A DNA stretch of 30,891 nt, from positions 1 to 30,891 of the forward strand of contig CAMAYA010000001.1 in NCBI GenBank assembly GCA_945862275.1. Reading direction: 5' to 3'. This document shows, in pieces, positions 1 through 7,200 of this stretch (positions are counted from its first letter, which is position 1; each line of letters starts with the position of its first letter). A program made the position numbers and the translations under genes. The notes under the pieces were generated by a model that saw only the letters and a list, made by a program, of their open reading frames with translations, ran no database searches and was not told the DNA's origin. Source of the DNA: Legionella genomosp. 1 (GTDB taxonomy: Bacteria; Pseudomonadota; Gammaproteobacteria; Legionellales; Legionellaceae).

Positions 1-2
1 TA

Positions 3-992
3 GGCAATGTGGGCCCACTGGCTAGCAAACCAGTCATGGAAGGAAAGGCGGTGCTTTTTAAGCAATTCGCAGACATCGATGTCTTTGATATTGAAATCGA
101 TGCGGATGATCCACAAGATTTCATCGCCACGGCGAAACGTATATCACCTACGTTCGGTGGGATTAATTTAGAAGACATCAAGGCACCGGAATGCTTTGAA
201 ATTGAATTGGCTTTAATTGAACAGCTCAATATCCCGGTGTTTCATGACGACCAACATGGAACGGCTATTGTGGTTGCAGCAGGATTATTGAATGCGCTGG
301 AATTACAGAATAAAACCTTGAAAGACGCGAAAATTGTATGCATAGGGGCCGGAGCCGCGGGCATTGCATCCATGCGTTTATTGGTGGCATTGGGGGCTAA
401 CAAAGAAAACATGCTGCTGCTGGATAGTAACGGGGTGATTCATTGTGGGCGTGAAGATTTGAATGCCTATAAATTTGCATTTGCACGAACGACGCCTTGT
501 CGGACACTAGCCGATGCATTGGTGGGTGCTGACGTATTTATTGGTGTGGCGAAGGCCAATCTGTTGAATGCTGAATTATTAAGTCTGATGGCACCTAATC
601 CGGTTATTTTTGCCTTATCGAATCCTGATCCGGAAATCAAGCCTGATTTGGCGCTCCAGATTCGTGATGATTTGATTATTGCCACCGGTCGTAGCGATTA
701 CCCAAATCAAGTCAATAACGTCTTGTGTTTTCCTTATCTTTTTCGTGGCGCATTGGATGTGCGAGCGACGTGCATTAACCAGGCCATGCAAATTGCAGCG
801 GTTGAAGCCATTCGTCAATTGGTCCATGAACCGGTTCCGCAATCTGTGAAAGATAATTATCCCGGTGTACTTCATTGGGAATTTGGTGCAAACTATATTC
901 TTCCAAAACCTCTTGACCCACGCCTGCGCGAGCGCGTTCCAGCAGCCGTATCGTTGGCTGCCATCGCGAGCGGAGTCAATCAACTACCGTAG
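3..992 (+). CDS. NADP-dependent malic enzyme (MaeB-type catalytic part, no PTA domain), 5'-truncated by the window edge
   Basis: Motifs FGGINLEDIKAPECF, HDDQHGTAIV, GAGAAG, ALSNPDPE, TGRSDYPNQVNNVLCFP. The frame is open to position 3 (GNVGPLASKP), so the GTG at 9 is not the true start. Confidence 0.93.
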   Translation, partial: GNVGPLASKPVMEGKAVLFKQFADIDVFDIEIDADDPQDFIATAKRISPTFGGINLEDIKAPECFEIELALIEQLNIPVFHDDQHGTAIVVAAGLLNALELQNKTLKDAKIVCIGAGAAGIASMRLLVALGANKENMLLLDSNGVIHCGREDLNAYKFAFARTTPCRTLADALVGADVFIGVAKANLLNAELLSLMAPNPVIFALSNPDPEIKPDLALQIRDDLIIATGRSDYPNQVNNVLCFPYLFRGALDVRATCINQAMQIAAVEAIRQLVHEPVPQSVKDNYPGVLHWEFGANYILPKPLDPRLRERVPAAVSLAAIASGVNQLP

Positions 993-1033
993 TTATTTTA
1001 TCTAACATTAACCTATCCGTTAAGGAGTTTGTT

Positions 1034-2332
1034 TTGTCCATTAAAAACAATAATAAATATGCGATGACCGCGTGGCTTATTTGTGGTCTTGGTGCTTTGT
1101 TTTACGCTTACGAATACCTATTACGAATCTCACCTAGCATCATGGAACCATCATTACGCCATCATTTTAATTTAACAGCCACGGGATTTGGGCTGTTGTC
1201 TGCCGTGTACTATTATGCCTATGTTCCCATGCAATTGCCGGTTGGCGTGCTCATGGACCGGTTTGGTCCCCGGCGCCTATTGACAGTGGCTTGCTTGATT
1301 TGCGTTATTGGCGCGTTTATGTTTGCAGGCACAGATGTGTTTGCGGTCGCGGCCTCGGGGCGATTTTTGGTGGGCGTTGGTTCCGCTTTTGCTTTCGTGG
1401 GAGTCTTGAAACTGGCTACCATTTGGTTGCCTGAAGATAAATTGGCGATGGTTGCCGGTTTAACGGCTGCATTGGGTACAGTAGGTGCTATGTTTGGCGA
1501 CAATGTGCTAGGCGGTTTGGTGGTTCGCTCAGGCTGGCAACAAACCATTAATTACACGGCATTTTTTGGTATTGGATTGATGTTTGTGCTGTGGTTTTGC
1601 ATTCATGACCATAAACGCGATTTAGACAGTGGCGGCACGATTGATAGCTTTAAAAAGAACATGATTGATTTAGGTATTATTTTGCGCGAGAAGCAAATAT
1701 GGATTAACGGGATGTATGGTTGCCTTGTGTATTTGCCGACAACTGTGTTTGCTGAGCTATGGGGCATTCCTTACCTGCGTCATGGACATGGTTTGACGCA
1801 AGCGGACGCAGGATTCGCTAATTCGTTATTGTTCTTTGGCTTTATGATAGGCGCGCCTTTAATGGGCTATATTTCTGATAAAATCAAACGCCGTAAACTG
1901 CCTATGCTGGCCGGTGCGATTGGGGCGGCCATTGTCATGTCTATGATTTTATACATACCTGGGTTAGACAAACCCACCTTGTATCCTTTGATTTTTTTAT
2001 TAGGCTTATTGTATAGCGCACAAGCCATTGTTTTTGCTGTGGGACGTGAGTTGAGCCCAAATGAAGCCGCAGGTACGGCGATTGCCATCACGAACATGAT
2101 TGTGATGATTGGAGCCATGTTTTTGCAGCCATTGGTGGGTCGATTATTGGATTGGAGTTTATACATGCACCATGCTACAGCTGGCGTTCAATTGCCGTCG
2201 GTTGACAATATGGAACAGCTATACACGGCGGCAGACTACCAATGTGCTTTGTCCATTATTCCAATCGGTATCGCCCTTGCTGCCATTTTAATCTGCTTTA
2301 TAAAGGAAACACATGCGCATGCAAGACGCTAG
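1034..2332 (+). CDS. MFS transporter (Pht-like, first of a tandem pair)
   Basis: About 12 hydrophobic segments; MFS motif A variants GVLMDRFGPRR and GYISDKIKRRK; SD TAAGGAG 5 nt before TTG. Confidence 0.9.
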   Translation: MSIKNNNKYAMTAWLICGLGALFYAYEYLLRISPSIMEPSLRHHFNLTATGFGLLSAVYYYAYVPMQLPVGVLMDRFGPRRLLTVACLICVIGAFMFAGTDVFAVAASGRFLVGVGSAFAFVGVLKLATIWLPEDKLAMVAGLTAALGTVGAMFGDNVLGGLVVRSGWQQTINYTAFFGIGLMFVLWFCIHDHKRDLDSGGTIDSFKKNMIDLGIILREKQIWINGMYGCLVYLPTTVFAELWGIPYLRHGHGLTQADAGFANSLLFFGFMIGAPLMGYISDKIKRRKLPMLAGAIGAAIVMSMILYIPGLDKPTLYPLIFLLGLLYSAQAIVFAVGRELSPNEAAGTAIAITNMIVMIGAMFLQPLVGRLLDWSLYMHHATAGVQLPSVDNMEQLYTAADYQCALSIIPIGIALAAILICFIKETHAHARR

Positions 2333-3578
2333 TCCATTCACGAAAAAGCAATTGCTGTTAGGCAGTCTGATTTGCTTGATTGCCGCATTGTTTTATTGTT
2401 ATGAATTTGTCTTGCGGATTATTCCTGGTGTTTTGCAGGCTGAGCTGAGCGCGGCATTTGGCCATATTTCTGCCTCAACCTTTGGCCAATTGTCTGCATT
2501 GTATTACTTTGCCTACTCGCCCATGCAATTGCCGGTCGGTATTTTGATGGACCGATTTGGTCCGCGCCGCTTGCTGTCGTTGGCTTGTTTTTGTTGTGCA
2601 ATTGGATCATTCATGTTTAGTTACTTTTCATCCATGTTGATTGCAGGTAGCGGTCGGTTTTTGGTGGGGTTTGGTTCGTCGTTTGCCTTTGTTGGTGTTT
2701 TATCGTTAGCCGTGCATTGGTTGCCTCGTCGGCATTTTTCGTTAGTAGCCGGATTAATGACAACGTTAGGTATGCTGGGGTTGGTTTATGGCGAAATGAA
2801 AATCACTGAAATGGCAGGATCATTAGGATTACACCCGGTGCTGCTGATGATGGTGGTGATTGGGTTCGTGCTGACGGTGTTGATTGCATTGGTCGTTCGT
2901 GACGGGCCTGGGGGGCTATCTGTAAAAGCATTGTCTTTGGCTGATTTTTACCGAAATATTGTACGTGTGTTGGTATCCCCTCAAGTCTGGTTGATAGCGT
3001 TTGTAGGGGCGTGTTTGTATACGTCTTTATCCGTGTTTGGGGAATTATGGGGAAAGTCATATCTTGAGCAAGCGCACCATTTAACGAAAATCGAGGCGGC
3101 TAAAACCATCTCGGCCATGTTTTTAGGGTGGGCCGTTGGTGCACCTTTAGCGGGTTATTTTTCAGATAGGACAGGTCGTCGTGTTCTTCCGTTAGTATTG
3201 GGCGCGTTTTGCGCGTTGGTGTGCATTAGTATTATTTTGTATTACCCTGACTTATCTTATACCGCATTGAATGTGTTGATGTTCTTGTATGGTTTGTTTA
3301 GTGCGACTGAAATCATTGTCTTTGTGATGGCAAAAGAAAACAGCGGGGTTGAATTATCGGGCACGGTGTTTGCTGCGGCCAACATGATAGTAACGTTAGG
3401 GGGGGTTATCTTCCAGCCATTGGTCGGTACGTTGCTGGATAAATTTAGCCGAGGTCAAGTGGTGAACGGCGCGCATATTTATTCTGTACTGGATTATCAA
3501 CTGGCCCTGTCTGTTCTTCCAGCGTGCCTTTTGTTGGTGATGTTGGCTTCTTTTTTCTTAAAAGAACGCACATCCTAA
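2313..3578 (+). CDS. MFS transporter (Pht-like, second of a tandem pair)
   Basis: GILMDRFGPRR and GYFSDRTGRR motifs; clear paralogue of the upstream gene (shared PMQLPVG-LMDRFGPRRLL, GRFLVG-GS-FAFVGVL, FQPLVG-LLD). Start is ATG 2313 or 2319. Confidence 0.9.
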   Translation: MRMQDASPFTKKQLLLGSLICLIAALFYCYEFVLRIIPGVLQAELSAAFGHISASTFGQLSALYYFAYSPMQLPVGILMDRFGPRRLLSLACFCCAIGSFMFSYFSSMLIAGSGRFLVGFGSSFAFVGVLSLAVHWLPRRHFSLVAGLMTTLGMLGLVYGEMKITEMAGSLGLHPVLLMMVVIGFVLTVLIALVVRDGPGGLSVKALSLADFYRNIVRVLVSPQVWLIAFVGACLYTSLSVFGELWGKSYLEQAHHLTKIEAAKTISAMFLGWAVGAPLAGYFSDRTGRRVLPLVLGAFCALVCISIILYYPDLSYTALNVLMFLYGLFSATEIIVFVMAKENSGVELSGTVFAAANMIVTLGGVIFQPLVGTLLDKFSRGQVVNGAHIYSVLDYQLALSVLPACLLLVMLASFFLKERTS

Positions 3579-4384
3579 CGAAAAATAGCCAATAATTCCG
3601 CGACCGGCAATCGGTTTTTGGAATGGCAGCTGATCAATCGTTTAACGCCAAAGGAGCGAATCTCCGCTCCTTCGTAAAGCGCCTGCGTAAACGCCGTATC
3701 ATGATTTGAAATGATCACGGTGATGCCACGCGATGCGGCATCTTTGGCCAAATGAGCCAGCATCTTGTGTTCTGATTCGCCGAATTTTTTGTGGGTGTAG
3801 GCTGAAAAATTGGACCCTTGTATCAAGGGTGAATAAGGTGGATCACAGTAAATAAGATCACCGGGTGTGGCGCTCAAAAATGTTTGTTGAAAGTCGCTGT
3901 GAACAAACGTAGCACAAAAGCTTTTGTTATAAAAAAAGCGCATCTCTTTTTCAGGAAAATAAGGTTTTATGTAACGGCCGAAAGGAACATTATAGATTCC
4001 TTGCTGGTTATAACGACACAAACCATTATAACCATGTCGATTTAAATATAAAAACAGGGCTGAACGCATTCGGGGATCCGCACATTGGTTGAATTGCTCG
4101 CGCAATTCATAATAGCGTTCCGATGCATTATTTAGTGGATTAAAAAACGATTTGCAATATGAAATAAATGATTCTTGTTGCACTTGTAATTGTTGAAACA
4201 ATCGGACTAAGTCTTTGTTCTCTTCTCCCAACAAATAGGCTGGGTAGGCTGTACTGTGAAAGACCGCGCCAGATCCTGTAAAGGGCTCAATCAGGCGGTT
4301 TGCAGCAGGGAAGGCATTCAACAGATGATGACGGCAGTTGTATTTGTTTCCTGCCCACTTTAGGAACGGTTTTATCTTGAAGAT
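3575..4384 (-). CDS. dam: Dam-family DNA adenine methyltransferase, with no canonical start codon upstream of its conserved N-terminus
   Basis: LIEPFTGSGAVF (SAM-binding), FLYLNRHGYNGLCRYN and catalytic DPPY. The frame extends upstream of the ORF-track start as IFKIKPFLKWAGNKY to an in-frame TAA at 4397-4399. Start placed tentatively at ATC 4384; ATA 4375 is the alternative. Confidence 0.9.
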   Translation of the reverse strand: MFKIKPFLKWAGNKYNCRHHLLNAFPAANRLIEPFTGSGAVFHSTAYPAYLLGEENKDLVRLFQQLQVQQESFISYCKSFFNPLNNASERYYELREQFNQCADPRMRSALFLYLNRHGYNGLCRYNQQGIYNVPFGRYIKPYFPEKEMRFFYNKSFCATFVHSDFQQTFLSATPGDLIYCDPPYSPLIQGSNFSAYTHKKFGESEHKMLAHLAKDAASRGITVIISNHDTAFTQALYEGAEIRSFGVKRLISCHSKNRLPVAELLAIFR

Positions 4385-4451
4385 CCTAGCGGTTTTTTAT
4401 GAGCGAAGTATCGCTTATTTGACTTGAAAAAACCAGTGACCCAGGGTCGAT

Positions 4452-4961
4452 TTAACCACTTGAACCGGACGTTAACTTTTTCTTCCTCATTATTTGTGGT
4501 GTTTTAAACAGCATGAAACTTGTTCCCAGCAGAGCTCCCAGTATTGAACCGGCACCTGGCAATTTTAAACTCCCAATGATAGCCCCTAAGCTCATCCCCA
4601 TCGATACCTCAAGGCTAACCCACAAAGCGTCTAATAAAACGTTAACTACATTATCTGGAGAAAGGTTTGGTGCCATGTTGGTTTTTTTATTGATTTTATG
4701 AATCGTAACCATGCTAATCATTACGCCACCTAAAGCGGAACCGATAACAAGGCCAATCAGGGCTCCTGCTACCATTTCTATATGAAAATTAAAGGGGGGA
4801 AATACAAGTTCGTTGTATAACTTATATGAATAAGCGATACATCCACCAGAAAAAAAGCCAACAGCACTTCCAGTGCCCCCTCCAACCAGGGCCCCAACAA
4901 CAGCGGCCACATATATATTAGGGTTGGTGATAACCTGGTGAATATGTTTTAACAAGTTCAT
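4452..4961 (-). CDS. Hypothetical glycine-rich membrane protein (glycine-zipper-like helices)
   Basis: 169-aa ATG ORF with repeated GxxxG hydrophobic stretches (VGALVGGGTGSAVG, AGALIGLVIGSALGG, GAGSILGALLG); no recognisable catalytic motif. Confidence 0.65.
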   Translation of the reverse strand: MNLLKHIHQVITNPNIYVAAVVGALVGGGTGSAVGFFSGGCIAYSYKLYNELVFPPFNFHIEMVAGALIGLVIGSALGGVMISMVTIHKINKKTNMAPNLSPDNVVNVLLDALWVSLEVSMGMSLGAIIGSLKLPGAGSILGALLGTSFMLFKTPQIMRKKKLTSGSSG

Positions 4962-5095
4962 AATCTACTCAACCAATCCATTCATTAACTTCAGATTAAA
5001 TAAGGATATCCCAATTTTGTTTTCTATCACAAGTCCAATTTTATTGGTTGTGTAGTATTGTATTGTTTTACTGTTTGTTGAAAAAGGAATTTAAA

Positions 5096-5884
5096 GTGTT
5101 TGAAATGATGAAATCCCAATTAAACATTATTCACGTCACGTGGATTCAAATACAAATTTTTCTAGTATTAACTGGGTTGCCTGTGTTTATATTTTTAGAT
5201 AGCCCATGGCTCGCAGCACATTTATTACATGGACAAGATATATGCGATGTTATTGCAGTTATTTTTTATTGTGTGATTTTGGTTAACGCTAAAGACCGGT
5301 TATATTGGTTAATGCTAGTGGTGCCTATTGTTAGTTTATGTGCCGAGATAATAGGCTCATCAATATTGGAGTTGTACGCATACCGGCTACACAATATCCC
5401 TGTGTATATACCCGTGGCGCATGCTATTGCATATGCCACGGTCTATCTTATTAGCAAACAACCTTTGATTCAACACCATCACCGAGCAATAGAACAGTCT
5501 CTAAAGAAGCTTGCTTTTCTAGTTTGCGTTATGTCCTTATTGATCTTGAATGATGTCATGAGCTTTATTAGTTATGCTGTGTTTTTGATCATTATTTCCA
5601 GCAGGAAAAAATCTATCTTTTATTTGATTATGTTTTTCATGGTGTATTATATAGAGTTTTTGGGTACGGTTTTTTCAACCTGGGCATACTACAGTGTTCT
5701 TGGAAATCATCCCAACTACCCTACCATAAGCCGTACCCCATCGTGCATAGCAGCGGCATATATTCTTATTGACTTGGTTAGCAACTCGACATATTTCTAT
5801 GCTATAAAAAGCATTAAAAAGTTTAAGGCATTCTTTTTTAAATCTCAAACCCTTGGCCAATTGAGAACAGCCCTGGGGCATTGA
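5096..5884 (+). CDS. Hypothetical polytopic membrane protein with two Glu-containing half-repeats
   Basis: About 7 hydrophobic segments; repeats AEIIGSSILELYAYRLHNIP and IEFLGTVFSTWAYYSVLGNHP. SD AAGGA 7 nt before an in-frame GTG at 5096; ATG 5105 is the alternative. Confidence 0.7.
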   Translation: MFEMMKSQLNIIHVTWIQIQIFLVLTGLPVFIFLDSPWLAAHLLHGQDICDVIAVIFYCVILVNAKDRLYWLMLVVPIVSLCAEIIGSSILELYAYRLHNIPVYIPVAHAIAYATVYLISKQPLIQHHHRAIEQSLKKLAFLVCVMSLLILNDVMSFISYAVFLIIISSRKKSIFYLIMFFMVYYIEFLGTVFSTWAYYSVLGNHPNYPTISRTPSCIAAAYILIDLVSNSTYFYAIKSIKKFKAFFFKSQTLGQLRTALGH

Positions 5885-5937
5885 CATTGATTTGTACCCA
5901 GCTTAGCATTCGCCTATTATTTATTTGTGGAAACGTG

Positions 5938-6906
5938 ATGGAAATCGATCATTTGCTCGCAATCGTGAGTGAAGATTTTGAAGCGGTTAATGCTCTAATC
6001 ATCAAAAAAATTCAATCTCCTGTCCGTTTGATAGATGACATAGCAAATCATGTGATACAAAGTGGCGGCAAACGATTACGACCTCTATTGGTTCTTCTGG
6101 CGAGCCGTGCCTGTAACTATAAGGGCAAAGATCACATTTTATTAGCGGCAATGATTGAGTTTTTTCATACTGCCACGTTATTACATGACGATGTAATTGA
6201 TGAATCGGCGCTGCGCCGCGGTCGTGAAACGGCCAATCAAATATGGGGTAACAAGGCCAGTATTTTGGTGGGTGATTATTTGTTTACCCAATACTTGCAA
6301 CTGATGGTCGATGTAGGTGACATCGATATCATCCAGCTCCTAATCGGCATTGCACCCCAAATGGGTTGTGGTGAAATCCAGCAGTTTTCCAATATTCATA
6401 ATACGGCCCTCACAATAGACGAGTATTTTAATGTCATTCGTGCAAAGACATCGCTGCTATTCGCTGCGTCCAGCACGATTGGTGCACTCATCAGCAAAGC
6501 GGGAGACGCAACACAAAAGGGTTTGTATGCATACGGATTGCATTTGGGCAATGCATTTCAACTGATAGATGATGCATTGGATTATTGTTCAGACTCTAAA
6601 ACCATCGGTAAAAATATCGGTGATGATTTGGCGGGCGGAAAAGTGACGCTGCCTTTATTGCATGCTTTAAAATACGGTACAAAGGCACAGCACTTAAAAA
6701 TAAAAGAAACTATAGAGCAAGGTTCGCTTCGCTATTTACCTGCGGTACTAGAAGCACTGGCAGAAACGAAAGCGATTGAATATACTCATAGCATTGCTGC
6801 TGCAGAAGTAGATTCGGCTCTTTCTGCATTGCAAGTCTTGCCAGATTCGATATATAAAAATGCACTGGCCGAGCTGGCTCAATATTCGATTCAGCGCAGC
6901 TATTAA
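5938..6906 (+). CDS. Trans-polyprenyl diphosphate synthase (IspB/octaprenyl-PP synthase-like)
   Basis: GGKRLRP, first Asp-rich motif LHDDVIDESALRRG, KT motif, second motif FQLIDDALD, GDDLAGGKVTLP. ATG 5938 (MEIDHLL) fits the usual family length better than TTG 5881. Confidence 0.92.
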   Translation: MEIDHLLAIVSEDFEAVNALIIKKIQSPVRLIDDIANHVIQSGGKRLRPLLVLLASRACNYKGKDHILLAAMIEFFHTATLLHDDVIDESALRRGRETANQIWGNKASILVGDYLFTQYLQLMVDVGDIDIIQLLIGIAPQMGCGEIQQFSNIHNTALTIDEYFNVIRAKTSLLFAASSTIGALISKAGDATQKGLYAYGLHLGNAFQLIDDALDYCSDSKTIGKNIGDDLAGGKVTLPLLHALKYGTKAQHLKIKETIEQGSLRYLPAVLEALAETKAIEYTHSIAAAEVDSALSALQVLPDSIYKNALAELAQYSIQRSY

Positions 6907-6937
6907 TTGAGATCTTAAGCCATATTAGGAGGCTTTA

Positions 6938-7198
6938 ATGGAAGCATCAAAAATAAATCCAGTTGCATTGGGAATCACATTAGGCGCTCTAATAGGAGTA
7001 TCTATATTTACCCTTGGGATATTAATACATCTTTTTTTAGCAGGAATACCCATTGCTCTGGCAGTCGGAGGCCTCTACATCACGTATAATCCCTCGTATT
7101 TAGGAAGTTTTATTTGTGGTGGCTTTGGTTTGATTGGTGGAGCCATTGCTGGGTATATATTTTCCAGGCTTTATAATATTTTAATCGACGTGGTATAA
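6938..7198 (+). CDS. Small two-helix membrane protein resembling the family often auto-annotated as 'bacteriophage holin'
   Basis: 86 aa, strong SD AGGAGG, pattern INPVALG..LG...YNPS..GS...G..G....GY.F..LYN. Family resemblance is from memory only. Confidence 0.6.
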   Translation: MEASKINPVALGITLGALIGVSIFTLGILIHLFLAGIPIALAVGGLYITYNPSYLGSFICGGFGLIGGAIAGYIFSRLYNILIDVV

Positions 7199-7200
7199 AG

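Noticed and set aside
4984-4999. TTAAT direct repeat with 11-bp period upstream of the 4452-4961 gene
   Set aside because: Poor match outside the core, in AT-rich DNA, and too close (about 23 nt) to the ATG for a -10 and leader.
6938-7198. Prophage signalled by the holin-like gene
   Set aside because: No integrase, endolysin, terminase or structural phage gene in the window.
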